A stretch of 64,000 nt of DNA from Octopus vulgaris (Eukaryota). The position numbers were made by a program, and so were the translations under genes. The notes beneath the pieces are model-generated. The model saw only the letters and a list, made by a program, of their open reading frames with translations. It was not told the DNA's origin and ran no database searches. Positions 14,204 through 28,142 of this stretch are shown here, in pieces; positions within the stretch are counted from its first letter, which is position 1; every line of letters begins with the position of its first letter. The stretch spans positions 53,444,001 through 53,508,000 of the forward strand of contig OX597822.1 of the NCBI GenBank assembly GCA_951406725.2, read 5' to 3'.

Positions 14204-14939
14204 TATACTTTGCAAATATATGTCGACAGACGATCTGTAAAAAACGATGCTTTACGAACGCCCTGCTTTGAGATATTTCTTATCTTCCAAGTTATAGACG
14301 TTTGCTTGTCATTCTCGCAGTCAGAAATTCAATGAAAAAGTCTTTGGCATGTTGTTCATCAATAGCACTATTACTTATCAATCACGCTGTAAAATAAAGA
14401 AATATATAAATAAATGAATTTGCTGTATCGGGGTTTCTCCTTTTCGCATATCTCTTGCTCTATAACGCTCACAAAATTATTAATTTCTGACATTGGCGCG
14501 AGGCCAAACATTTTTGTGGAGAGGATAAAATCGATTAAACATATATCAGTACATGAAGGATGAAAGCTGATTTTAGTGGGATTTGAACTCAGCACATAAA
14601 GAAGAACATTCAGATGCTGCTTGGCAATTTGTCCAACGCTGTAGCAATTCGCCGTTCATTTCCGTTAAAAAAATCATTCTTGTTTATCCAAAATTTGAAA
14701 TTGCTGTCTAAGAAGAATTATGCCAGTGATCCATTTCTGGTTTGTGGTTAAAATTGATATTTCCACTTAAACTGTTGTTGCTGCTCAAAGTCGGCAAATT
14801 GGCAGAAACGTTTGGATATGTCAGCAAACCATAGCTTATATATATTAGCATTGGGCCGCTACACCTATAACGGGGCACAGTAATCGCTCGGTGTACCCAT
14901 GTATTAAAATTTCACTCGTACTAGTATTCAGCCTGATGC

Positions 14940-15225
14940 CTTTCAACGTGTTTGCGTAGGTGGCTTGTGAGACCAACTCTGGGGAAACAAACTTCTTCAT
15001 ATTGATCACTCTTAAAATGTGGGACTGTTGGACCAAAAGGTTCATTTTGTTTCTGCTTCACATTAGCGCATCCTAATTAAAATTCCCGAAACTTACAGGC
15101 GCCGTTAGTTATTTTTGTGCACCAATAATTTTTAGCTCTGAAGACTCCCAATCAGTTGTTTCAATTTTGCATTGATTCAGAGAATCTTTCACACACTCCT
15201 TGCCACTTATCAGTGATTGGTTTGA
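14940..15225 (-). pseudogene. Degraded RTE-clade LINE C-terminal fragment
   Basis: Minus-strand translation gives KECVKDSLNQCKIETTDWES.. and ..PHFKSDQYEEVCFPRVGLTSHLRKH, decayed forms of the RTE KD.LK..L..C.I....WE motif and the C-terminal C..C.R.C.SRIGL.SH.R.H zinc finger. Confidence 0.6.
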
Positions 15226-15301
15226 ATTTTGCAAAGGGAAAAAAAACTTAAAATAGATATCAAAGAAAGACACACACATTTTTTCCCATTTTATTTGCTT
15301 T

Positions 15302-15665
15302 TCCTTGTTTCAGTCATTAGAATGCAGCCCATGCTGGGGCACTGCGTTAAAGAAATTTTTTGTCGAATAAATATACCCCTAACACTTTTTTAAGCCTCTT
15401 TTGCAGAAGCGCTAAGTTACGGGAACATAAACATACCAAAAGCGGTTGTCAAGTCGTGACGGGGGGACAAACAAAGACACAAACACACACACACACACAT
15501 ACATACGACGGACCTCTTTCAGTTTCTGTCTACCAAATCCACTCACAAAGCTTTGGTCTGCCCAAGGAACCAGTAGAAGACACTTGCCCAAGGTGCCACA
15601 CAGTGGACTGAACTAGGCGACATGTAGTTGGAAAGCAAGCTTCTTAGCATACAGCCACGCCTGCA
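15302..15665 (-). mobile_element. SINE family B
   Basis: Reverse complement of the family B consensus. Confidence 0.85.
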
Positions 15666-15977
15666 TATACATATATATTGTACATGCAGAAAAACCTCCA
15701 TTAACTATCATACATATTATATGTATGATTACTTGCTCGGTAAAGCTTGAAGAATATTCGAAGTATGTTTTGCGAAAAATAATCAACCGAAAGAAAATAA
15801 CGAGTGATATTAAATATATTGATCGGCATTTCATTTCAAAGCTAATTAGAAACGCTTAATTCTAAATAGTATAATGTGTGTAGTTTTAATTTATCCTTTA
15901 GTAACAAAATTATCAATTATCGAACCATGACTAAAGATCTTAAGGATGCCAAAGGCAATATTTTCCGCATCGTCAAT

Positions 15978-16170
15978 GTTGTCGTTTAACCACAGGCAAG
16001 CTTTGATAACCATGAAATCCTATGATCAAAGGCATTCTAGGCGCGAGTGCACCATCCTTTTTTAAGGGCATACTGGACTATAATTATTTAGTATGCTCTT
16101 TCCTTTTATTTAAAGCAGGGGTTTGGCTGCTTTTTCTCGCAGCTGAAGTGACCATAAACTGGTTTCCTCA
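15978..16170 (+). repeat. Unclassified old interspersed repeat (related copies at about 23140-23320 +, 53060-53250 -, 59140-59390 -, 62385-62535 -)
   Basis: Shared GTTTAACC.CAGG..CTATGATCAAAGGCATTC..TTTGGCTGCT.TTT motifs, matched by eye. Confidence 0.5.
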
Positions 16171-16421
16171 TTAGCTTTTCGTATAGTATATCATTAATAT
16201 ACCAAAATGACCAAAGAAACAGCAGTAGTAGTAGTAGTAGTAGTGGTCGTGGTCGTGGTCGTGGTCGTGGTGGTTGTGGCGGCGGCGGCGGCGGCGGCGG
16301 CGGTGACGGTCGTCGTGGCCGTGGTTTTCGTGGTGGTGGTGGTGATTGCCATCATCAATTATCTCCATTTTCTTTTTTCTTAATATATATATATGAATTT
16401 TTGTGTAATGAGATAAAAAAA

Positions 16422-16464
<43 letters not shown>

Positions 16465-16469
<5 letters not shown>

Positions 16470-16910
16470 TGATTGTGTTATGAGAAGCTTGTTGCTTCCT
16501 GACCACATGGTTCTGGGTTCAGTCCCTTGGTCGTGTGTCTTCTACTAATGCTTCGGGCCGACCAAAGCCTTGTGAGTGGATTTCGTAGACGAAAACTGAA
16601 ACAAGCCCGCCTTGTGCGTGTGCGTGCGCGCGCGTGCACGCGTGTGTGTCTGTGCATGCACGCATGTGCGTGAGTATGTGTGTGTGTGTGTCTGTTTCTG
16701 TTCGTTCCCCACCACCGCTTGACAATCGGTGTTGATTTTTACGTCCCCGTAATCTAGCGGTTCGGCAAAGGAAACCGATAGAATAAGTACGAAAAAAAAT
16801 TAATACTGAGGTCGATTCATTCGACTATAGATTCCTTAAGGTGGTGCCCTAGATATGGACACAGTCCAATGACTAAAACTAGTAACAGAATAAAAGAATT
16901 AAAGAATATA
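16465..16910 (+). mobile_element. SINE family B
   Basis: Colinear with the 11690 copy; internal (TG/CG)n. Confidence 0.85.
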
Positions 16911-17473
16911 TTTATGCACACATATACTTACATTATAACTGAAAGACTCCAATTTCCATATAGAGTAACACTTTTCTGATCAGATGCTGGAAAAGAGAGC
17001 CTGTTTTTCTTTTGAAATATTCATTGCTTGAATTTTTTTAATACGAAACTTTAAAGAAAAAGCGTATCCTTATGTTCCTTTGTTTAAAAACCTTATGAAC
17101 GGCACGAGCACAAACGGCTGCTTCAGTCTCACCTTTTTTTTTATTTCATTTCTGGTTCTCATGGAAATAACAAAAACGTGAGCTTGTAGCAGCAGGTTTT
17201 GCAAGTGTTTTCCACAAAGGGTTTTATAGAAAAATAAACATACGGTAAGCGTTTTCTTCAAACTTTCATTTCATATTTCAAAAGATATTCAACCGGTGAA
17301 TATCTCAAAAGGAACGCATGCCTTCTTTATCAGCTGATGATCGAGAACGAGTAACTTTAAATGCAAGAAATTGGATCCTTTCCGTAATAAAATATCAAAG
17401 ATTACTCTACATTTATATTGAACCCTGCAATTTATCGTATCTGGTAAATCAATAGAGAATTAATGTTTCTATA

Positions 17474-17522
<49 letters not shown>

Positions 17523-17527
<5 letters not shown>

Positions 17528-18112
17528 AGTTTGAAAACGCCACTATATAAGATAAATTTTAATTTTCTTAGAAATTTTACATGTTTCGGTTCTTCTTGAA
17601 AAAAACGAACCTTATCAAAAATATTTTAAAAAGTTAAGTGTAATAAAAAAAAATTCATAATTGTTTCTTAATGGTCTCAACAGAATCCACGTGGTTGTTT
17701 TTAGCTCTCTTATGTGTCCGAATGACCAGCGGCTGAAATGGCAGTAGCAGCAGTGACTGTTGGTCGTAGTAGTAGTAATCGTGGTTGGGGTTGCAGCAGC
17801 TCATTGGTTGTAGTAGCTTAGCTGTGGTAGTAGCAGCAGCAGCAGTAGTGGGGGACTGTTGATCGTAGTAGTAATAGTAGTGACCATGGTGGTTGTAGTA
17901 GTAGTGATAGTAGCAGCAGTCGTGGTGATCGTGGTGGTTGTGGTAGAATTTCATTTTTCTTTTCGGAAGACCAATGTATTGTTTTAACATTACTGGCCCA
18001 GGGTGTTCAAACTTGGTCCGAATTTTCTAATGAAATAAAGTTCTTTATTTTGGCGTTGAGTGAAGGTTACGCTGTCACTGAATTTGTAAAGTGGGCAAGT
18101 TGGGAATTTTGG

Positions 18113-18117
<5 letters not shown>
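17523..18117 (-). mobile_element. 5'-truncated Penelope-like element (end of GIY-YIG + 3' UTR + HHR) inserted in (TA)n
   Basis: 18117-17990 encodes [41 protein letters not shown], nearly matching the C-terminus of the 35233 ORF. The terminal ~100 bp is homologous to 34249-34352. (TA)n on both sides. Confidence 0.9.
17574..17622 (-). ncRNA. Type-I hammerhead ribozyme, U3-A8 core variant
   Basis: ATTT-TTGATAA-GGTTC..GAACC-GAAAC-AT-GTA-AAAT on the minus strand. Confidence 0.8.
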
Positions 18118-18171
<54 letters not shown>

Positions 18172-18195
18172 TATACATATATATATACACACATA

Positions 18196-18273
<78 letters not shown>

Positions 18274-18644
18274 TATACATATATATATATACACACAAAG
18301 ACACACGCATATACACACATATATACACACGGCCCATACTGGAGCATCACCATGTAGGCTTTTAGTCGAACGAAGGGTCTTAGTTGTACTGGTCTCTTAA
18401 AACTGGCAGTTATTTTGTCGTATTGTCGAACCGCTAAGTGACGGGGTCGTAAACGAGTCAGCACTAGTTGTCAAAGGTGGTGGTAAAGTCGATCTGCTGC
18501 TCTTTTTTGAGAGGTATAACAGCAGGTGCCATTGCTTTATGATTAAACATGTGACTGAGTGTTGTCAGCAATATTTACAAACACGATGAAGAGCAGAAGC
18601 TCGAAACGTTACAGACGCGCTTTCTTAATTTCTCATTTACTTTG

Positions 18645-18737
18645 CACCAGTTCTCATCAGATCATCGGAGTTAAGCAACGTCAATCCTTATTACTACTGA
18701 GATGGTTGAGCGTTAGGGAAAGCCAACGGTTGCAAGT
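18645..18737 (+). pseudogene. 5'-truncated, diverged 5S rRNA-derived sequence
   Basis: CACCAGTTCTCATCAGATCATCGGAGTTAAGCAACGTC..TTACTACTGAGATGGTTGAGCG..GGGAA is colinear with metazoan 5S rRNA as recalled (CACCGGTTCTCGTCCGATCACCGAAGTTAAGCAACGTC..TTAGTACTTGGATGGGTGACCG..GGGAA), including box A- and box C-like regions. Confidence 0.8.
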
Positions 18738-20541
18738 TGAAAGTCTTGTATGGCTCGTTGTTAAGAAGCTGGTTTCGCAACCACGATGTTTCGGGCTAAG
18801 TACTACTATAGCCACATGTTGACCAATGCCTTCTAAGTGAATTTAGTAGACAGGATCAGTAAGAAGCCCGATGGTCGTCATATTTTGTGACAATTATAGT
18901 TTTCCTTTTTGGAAACACATTCCTCAACCTAAACGTATGATTTTGTTGTGTGTCAGATTTTTAAAATATTCGCTGTTAACTCGAAGTATATTTTTCCTGG
19001 ACGATCTAATGATTCCAAGTGTTAATTTTTGGTGGTGGGTATTTCTTATCACTTATGTGAATCACAAATTTTTATAATGCGATGTATATAAACATTATAA
19101 TCCCCAAGCATTCTTGATATTCCCACTCATGAAGGCCTTATGTATATATCCATATATTACTATGAACGTCCACTGCTAGAAACACGATCGTATCTGGAGA
19201 ACATCTAGGACATACTGTATATTTATCTCAATATGTAGCTCGACTCACTTTTCATGTGTCTCTCCGCTCAAGCTGTACATATATATTATCATAATATTTC
19301 TCTACCTTTATGTATATCATTAGATTATTGCTCCAAATCTGATTTTTTTTTTCACTTTTATCTTTGCTAATCGGTTTATACTAAAGAAATATTTTCATTC
19401 GTATTGTAAAGTGGTTGTTAATATGCATGTGTGCGTGTGTCTGTCTGTCTATGTGTCTGTGTGTATGCATATCCTTTGTGTGGGGTAGGAATAAATGTGT
19501 GTATAAATATGTATATATATATGCGTATGTGATTGTAATATATGAATATATAATTATGATATTACATATGTGTGTGTATGTGTGTATGACATACAAATAT
19601 AACAGTTTGTATATGATCATTCCTAACATAGATGTCATTAGTGCATTTGGATAAGTCTTAGATTGCGTGGAAAAGAATTATGTTCCAATTTGTTCCGCAA
19701 CAGGTGGTCAGTTTTGATTTAATTTAATGGACCAGAAGTAAAGTGCTATTAGAGAAAGCTGCCGCGTAATTATCTAAAGAGTTAACATGCTTTAGCAGGC
19801 AGTAACAGTCAGTCACGTTAATGGATCGAAGAAGCCATACATTACAGATAAGTACAAACGGGAAAATGTATATGTTGTAGCTTGCACTCTATCCAATTAA
19901 TAATATCTCATTAACGAAACATCCTGTCAAATATTGCAGATTTGTCAATTTACAATTTATTTTCATAATATCGTTAATCGTTGTAGCTTTGCTTCGCTTA
20001 GAAAAATGTCATTAAACGTTAGGTTCTGTAAATGTATTTATTTTTGTCGGTGTATATTTTAAGCTGTTTTTTGTTTTTTCTAATTTTTCTTTACGAAAAA
20101 CATTTCTGATAATATCTTTTATCCTGAAATGCTTCGAGTATCGTTTGCAAACGGAAAGATCGATGTATGTAGAAAAGACATACAGTAAATCGAAGATTAA
20201 ATGCATTACTGTATGTAATTTCATCTCTTATTTCAGTATCCGGATCTACGTGAGATCGATTTTACCTATTAGCTTTCTTTGAACATTAAAACAGAGTTTA
20301 GTAATATAATGGAGGTATTTCTATTTAATATACTTCACCTGTGTAAAATTTTGCTTATTATTTAAATAACAAATGCAGTGATTATTTGCTTAATTGCAAA
20401 TGATTACTTGTCTTTGACTTCAGAACATTAATTTAAGCCAACGTCGATTAAAAAGCCACCATTATCAAGGGCCGAAAAAATAAGGCATCGAAAAGTCACG
20501 AGGTGTCCCTTCCCATCAAGTTTTTGTAGCCTTACGCTTTC

Positions 20542-21540
20542 AAGGCGTTTGATAGCATCCCCCACACATGGATCCTCGAAACACTAGCCATTAACAAAGT
20601 AGCACCAACAATTATAAAATTCATTGGGCACTCTATGAATAAATGGCAAACAGTGCTACAGCTCCAAACAAAAGAGGGACTCATGAAAACCAAAGCCATC
20701 CCCATTAGAAGAGGAATATTCCAGGGAGACACGCTCTCTCTACTCCTTTTCTGCTTGGCACTGTCACCTCTATCTGATATGCTAAATAGAACTGGATGCG
20801 GATATAAATGTTACGGCAAAACGATCAGCCACCTTTTATATATGGATGACCTAAAATTATACGCTGCAAATGACAAACAGTTGGAAACACTATTAAAGAC
20901 AGTTCATGGATTTACCAAAGAAATATATATGAAATTTGGATTAGAAAAATGCGCCGAAGTAACCATGAAAAGAAGAAAACTAGTTAAGAGTAACAACATC
21001 ACACTAGATAAAACCAATGAAATAAAAGAATTAGACCAAAGCCAAACTTACAAATACTTAGGAATCCATGAACTAGATAAGACAAAACACACACAGATGA
21101 AAGAGAAAATAAAAAAAGAATATTATAGACGAGTTAGATCAATACTAAAAACAGAGCTCAATGCTAAAAACAAGATAATAGGTATTAACACTTTAGCTGT
21201 CCCAGTTATAAGTTACAGCAACAATATCCTTAACTGGACACTAAATGAACTGACCAAAATAGATAGGAAAACAAGAAAAATAATGACAGGGCCTAGGATG
21301 CATCACCCAAAATCTGACATAGAAAGACTATATATACAACGTATAGAAGGTGGTAGAGGCCTTATACAGCTGGAAAACTACTATAAAATAACCACCATAG
21401 GACTGCAAAAACATCTATTTCAGAAGGAAGGAAAACTGATACAAATAGCGGCAAAACACGAGCAAAACAAAAAACTGTTCTCGGTATTTAAGGAAGCTGA
21501 CAAATACAAACAAGAAATCATACCACCTAACAAATATAAA
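20542..21540 (+). mobile_element. Non-LTR retrotransposon reverse transcriptase fragment, R4/Dong-like (RLE group)
   Basis: Open frame KAFDSIPHTW..RRGIFQGDTLS..ISHLLYMDDLKLYA..MKFGLEKC..YKYLGI..HHPKSDIERLY..GGRGL. 5'-truncated and ends in a (GAA)n expansion. Confidence 0.9.
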
Positions 21541-21641
21541 GAAGAAGAAGAAGAAGAAGAAGAAGAAGAAGAAGAAGAAGAAGAAGAAGAAGAAGAAGAA
21601 GAAGAAGAGTCACTTTGATGGCATGCACTGCTCTCTTACTC

Positions 21642-21673
<32 letters not shown>
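21541..21673. repeat. (GAA)n followed by (AAT)n microsatellites
   Basis: (GAA)n at 21541-21608 and (AAT)n at about 21642-21673. Confidence 0.95.
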
Positions 21674-21674
<1 letters not shown>

Positions 21675-22012
21675 TCCCATGTTCCAAAGAGTTTAACCAA
21701 TCTGTTTATCCAGCAACCCACAACACTGACCATCGGTATAGATTAGCCTCTCTAGGTGCCAAGCTGTAAGCCATTGGTCTGTCTGGATGTATGTTTGCTT
21801 CTACTATCACCTCGTATTCTGTGGTATCCGACATCTTAATGGTATCATTAATCGCTAATGCTGATCCCAACTCAAATAGCAAGCCCCTCAACTGTTCTAG
21901 ATTCTACAGCAGTGGTTCTAGATCCAGTGACACATACTGAAGACACGAGAAAGGACACCCTTGACGGACCAGATGCAAGATATGAAACGGCTCCGACAAT
22001 TGGCTGTTTCTT

Positions 22013-22107
22013 CAGACCAAGTACCACTGTGCAGATCAAGTACCACTGTGCAGATCAAGTACCACTGTGTAGATCAAGTACCACTGTGCAGATCAAGTAC
22101 CACTGTG
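22013..22107. repeat. Minisatellite, 5 x 19 bp (CAGATCAAGTACCACTGTG)
   Basis: Head-to-tail units starting at 22013, 22032, 22051, 22070 and 22089, with no spacers. Confidence 0.95.
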
Positions 22108-23678
22108 CATATCTGCGATCCAGTCCCTAAAACGGTGGTCAAAACCGATCACAATTATGACTATTGCTATGAAATGATAGTCGCCCCAATCCGAATTGGT
22201 GAGAGCCATGGCAAAGCCAATCTCAGAATTCCACTATGTCATCGTATCATGAGTATTGTCAACACACCGTTTGAAAGGAATAGTTATTCCCCGGAGACAA
22301 AATGCAACATCGGTTAGTATATTCACGTGAAAATCTGCTAGATCATGTTAAGAATTAAGATGTACATCATCGTATTGCTTCTCGATATTGTATGCGTTCA
22401 TAATAATTCATTTAATAACGACAATCACGCCAAAAAGATGACAAGCAAAGTTAGACTTCAGCAAGAGTTGAACTCAGAACATAAAATGTTGTAACTAAAT
22501 GATACATTGTCCCTTTTATGCTATTCTTCAACCTAATAACGATGAGGATGATGACAATGATGATGTTAGCGCTAGAGAATGAATTTCTTTAGATGAAGAA
22601 GCGTGTTAACTACAACTTTGATTCCGTGAAATCTTGTCTCTTCGTTTAACATGCAGAAACGAAAGAGATAGAAAGAAGAGTGATGAAAAATTCGAGGCGG
22701 TTGGAAATAACATTAGAATTATGCAAGCTACACAAGGTAGAGAGGGAAATTTATTATCATCTGCTGACTCAATGTAAAATTTTTGCTGGAAATGATTATG
22801 TGAGGAAGACTATAATAATACAATGATGACAAACTTTAGTAGCTTGGGTAAACTATGGACTGCTTGAAAATATTCAATGTAGCGTAAAACTAGATAGTGC
22901 CGAATAAAGAAACGACAGTTGAATTTGAATATAAGTATATCACTGTTAGAAGACTTAGATATAAATAATTAATGAGAGACATAGTAACAAAAACTGGGAA
23001 TGAACAAAAAACTAGCTTTTAGAATGTGTAAAAGGAAGAGAGAGAATAAGATGAAAACTGTGGCTACTCTCATTGTGCTCTCATTGTGGTTGTTTTTGCT
23101 GTAGCTATTGTTATCATTGCTGTTGTTATTGTTGCTGTTTCGTCTTAAGTCCAACCCCATTAACCAAATTAGTGATCAAAAGCATTCTTACTGCAACAAT
23201 CCTATGTTTTGTGAGGTATTTACCTTATTTAATGTATCCTTCTCTTTTTTAAAGGCGCTGTAGTGTGATCTGAAGGAAATATAGATGTTCTTTCTAACAC
23301 GTCGAGTAACCACATAAAGTTTTAACTGTAATTCTGAATAGTTGCTTAGGTAGAAGAATTACTGAAGTTAAAAGATGTGCGAAATTTAAGGGGGTGAAAG
23401 GAGCAGAAGTTTGTATATACATCTGTACAGTGTGGTAGTGTTTATGTTGGTGTGACAAATTGCGAGCGTATGTCTACAGATACAGAAGAAAGTTGTGTGA
23501 AAATGAAACTATATTGAGAAAGATAGGGAAAAGTGGGGTTAGTTGGAACGCGGGATCAGTTTTTAAAAAAAAAAAATTAAAACTCCTGTTCAGCAGAAAT
23601 AAATAACCAGATCACAAAACTTACATCTTTTACGAATCTCTCTGAGCTTCTGCTGAACGCCTTTCTCGTGATTGTTGT

Positions 23679-23712
<34 letters not shown>

Positions 23713-23730
23713 GCATACATACATACACAC

Positions 23731-23794
<64 letters not shown>

Positions 23795-24028
23795 GTTTGT
23801 ACGTATGTTTGTTGTTGATATTTAATATATATTTGCATGTATATGTTTGTACTCTTATTATGTTTGTTGTATGATATTTATTATATCTTGTATTTGTCTA
23901 TATATATTCAAATACATGCCATGGCCACTATATAGATGTATCTCTTATATATATATATATATATTGTATTTATATATATATATATTATATTTATATATAT
24001 ATTATATATATATTATATATATATATAT

Positions 24029-24141
<113 letters not shown>

Positions 24142-24188
24142 GAGATATATATATATATATATATAAACTGGGATATATATATAACATA

Positions 24189-24228
<40 letters not shown>

Positions 24229-24387
24229 TATATATATATATTATATTTATATATATATATTTATTTATATATATATATTTATTTATATATATATATATTT
24301 ATATATATATATTTATTTATATATATATATTTATTTATATATATATATATTTATTTATATATATATATTTATTTATATATATATGTA

Positions 24388-25139
<752 letters not shown>

Positions 25140-25651
25140 GTTACATTTTGGAATGACCGAAAGTAGGCGGGCAAAGAGAAAATGCTTTTCTGGGCACAGG
25201 AGAGTATGAAGAATGGTCGGTATCTGCGGGTGAGTGTGCAGTGGTATGTGTGTGTGTACGGTAGCGTGTGTGTGTGGCAGTAACTAGTGTGTATGTAGCA
25301 GTAATTAGTGTGTGTATGTGTGTGTGATACCGTGTGTATGTAAGGTAGCGTGTGTGTGTGTGTGTGCAGAAACTGGGTGCGTGTTGGAATGTGTGCGTGG
25401 ATGGTTTGGGAATGTGTGTGTGTGTGTGTGAGTGCACATGTATGGATCTGTGTGAGTGTGTGTGTTTATGGGTGTGCATGTATGTTTATCTTTGTGTGTC
25501 ATCCTGTTGTGCGTTCTCCCACAGTATAAATGTGTCACTCTTTTTTGTGTAGAAGTGTATGTACGTGCGTGTATATGTATGTGTGCGTTGTGTATGAGTG
25601 TGTGCGTGCATGCGTGAGAGATAGAGGGTTGGTGGTGTGTGGTATGGGAAT

Positions 25652-25833
25652 CTCTCTCTCTAACCGCTCAGTCGAAGTCGACTCTCGGTCACTCGTTGGA
25701 TCAGTGTCCTCCAGTCAGTTCTATCCTGGGCCGCTTCTTTCAGATTGGCTATGTCCATTCCGGTATCACTCTTGATGGTATCAAGCCAGCGGGTTCTTGA
25801 TCGGTCTCTTCCTCTCTTGCCACTGACCATTCC
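25652..25833 (-). mobile_element. 5'-truncated RTE/BovB-like LINE 3' end with TSD
   Basis: 25830-25660 reads MVSGKRGRDRSRTRWLDTIKSDTGMDIANLKEAAQDRTDWRTLIQRVTESRLRLSG* (BovB-type C-terminus), followed by an (AG)n tail. 8-bp TSD ATGGGAAT at 25644-25651 and 25834-25841. Confidence 0.85.
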
Positions 25834-26931
25834 ATGGGAATAGGAGGTAAAAAATTAATACAAATAATAAGTAGTACAAATAATATATATATATATATGG
25901 AGAGAGGGGGGATAGAGAGAGACAGACAGACACACAGACACACAGACGGGCAGGAACAGATAATGTACTAGATTTATCAATATAGACATATACTGAAAAT
26001 AGGTAGTTTTGTAAAATCTGTTTCAGCTCGCACTTTTCTCCAAACAAACCGAATTCTATTGTCAACCTTATATTTTCTGCACCACTGCCAGCAACTACAA
26101 GCAAGTAATATTAAACTGTAGAATCAGAGGAAGCTAGTGATGTTTCCTTTGGGCGAAAAGTAAATACAATTAGTTTAAATAATGAAATAAGTTTCATTTC
26201 ATGAAGAAGAAAGGATGTCTAACATTTTAAGTAAAACACTTCCTCGGGAAGAAAAGAAATAGATAAAGCTATTAAGTGTTAGAAATATGAAATTCTTATG
26301 AACTAACTCAAACAATATCAAGTCAATGTCACTCGATCTGGAAGAGTTCTATTATTTAGAGAAAAAGGAATTGTCTAAATACAAACAAGTAGCGTTAAAT
26401 CGAAAATACGAACATCAAGTTCCTGTGAGAATTTAGCATCAGGTGTTATCATGAATTAGGAAACAGTTATTCTGTTATTGCTATGAGAAAGATGAAGAAC
26501 ATGAAATAGACGGAAACCAGCGGAAAGAGGCAGAAATTGAAAAAAGAAATTTAGAAACATGTTTTGTTATCTCTGTGTTATTAGATTTATGTATGGACTT
26601 AAAACAGACTTAAATTAAAATGCCGGTATGTACAACACATACGATGTATACGCAAACACGGAACGGCACTCCCAATAATATTTTGTGTCAGAGAAACATC
26701 TCGAAGAAACTCGGGTTCTAAATACATAGGACTTCGACCGGATTTGATCTTCTCAGTTACGAATATTTCATATGTTCTGAGCTAATACTTGACCCAATAT
26801 AGAATTTATTTTTATTGTCTTGTCACGCAAGATTAAAAGTTCAACTCACTTCTGCATTACAAACAGTACCTCTAATCCTTTGTTTAACTGTGATGAGATA
26901 AATAAGACGGGAGAAAATAAAAATTAGTACA

Positions 26932-27094
26932 AGGGGCGGAGCTGTATGGTAAGAAGTTTGGTTCCCAACCACATGGGCATGGCTTCAGTCCCACTGCGTT
27001 GGACCTTGGACAAATATCTTCTACTATAGCCTTGGACCGACCAAATCTTTGTTAATGGAATTTGTAGACGGAAACTGAAAGAAGCTCGTTATAG

Positions 27095-27167
<73 letters not shown>

Positions 27168-27410
27168 TGTGTGTGTGTATGTGTGTGTGTGTCTTTATGT
27201 CTGTGTTTATCTCATAGCACCACCCCTTGACAACCGGTATTGGTGTGTTCACATCCCCGTAACTTAGCAGTTCAGAAAAAGAGACCGATAAGTATAAGTA
27301 CCAGATTTTAAAAGAAAATAAGTACTGGAATCGATCCATTCGACTAAAAAATTTTAAGGTGGTGCCCCAGCATGGCCGCAATCTAATGAATGAAATAAGT
27401 AAAAGAGTAT
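26932..27410 (+). mobile_element. SINE family B with (TG)n expansion
   Basis: Colinear with the other family B copies. Confidence 0.85.
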
Positions 27411-27721
27411 AATAGAATTGCTGGAGCATCCCGTAGCTGAAAGGATCTTTCTTCATACCTGAATGTTTTTTTTAGTCATACCACTGAGTTAATGCTACTG
27501 CACTAACATACTGCTGCCTGGGTCTTCTGTCTGTCAAGTCTTAAGACCCATATTTGCCTGCTGAGTGAACTGAAATAAAGCCCCTTGGCAAGACCACAAC
27601 GTGCCTCGCGGACTGGGAACTGAATCTACGACTTTATGATAAAAAGTTCGTTTGCTTAATCCCTAGATCACGTGTTGGATAGAAAGACAGCTTTTAAGTC
27701 AGAGTATAAAGACATTGTATA

Positions 27722-27922
27722 TTGATTTCAAATTTTGACACAAGGCCTGCAATTTTGGGGGAGGGGATAAGTCGATTACGTTGACCTCAATCTTCAGCTG
27801 GCACAGGATGAAAGCAAAGGCAAAGTTGACCTCGGCGGAATTTGAATTCAGAATGCAAAGACGGACGGAATGTCTCTAAGCATTTTGCCCGGCGTGCAAA
27901 CGATTCTGCCAGCCCGCCTACC
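27722..27922 (-). mobile_element. SINE family A
   Basis: Reverse complement of the family A head and core. Confidence 0.8.
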
Positions 27923-28142
27923 TAAGGGCATTGTATATTGAGAAGTGTTAAAATGGAGCAAAGTTAAATTCAGACACCAAAACGAGGCTACAAATGAGTT
28001 GTGTTATATATTGTTTAATGATTCTACTCGAGCGTATTAATGATAGAGCCTCTACGAAGTCGCTCGATCTGCTAGAAATAGCGACTTAAATGCTGTTGGT
28101 GTTGTTGTTGTTGTTGTTGTTTTCATTATTATTTCATTTACG

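Noticed and set aside
17334-17356. CTGATGA-TCG-AGAA-CGA hammerhead-like motif
   Set aside because: It is followed by GTAAC rather than GAAAC and has no stem I or III; probably chance.
22013-22107. CRISPR-like repeat array
   Set aside because: The units are contiguous with no spacers, the context is eukaryotic, and there are no cas genes.
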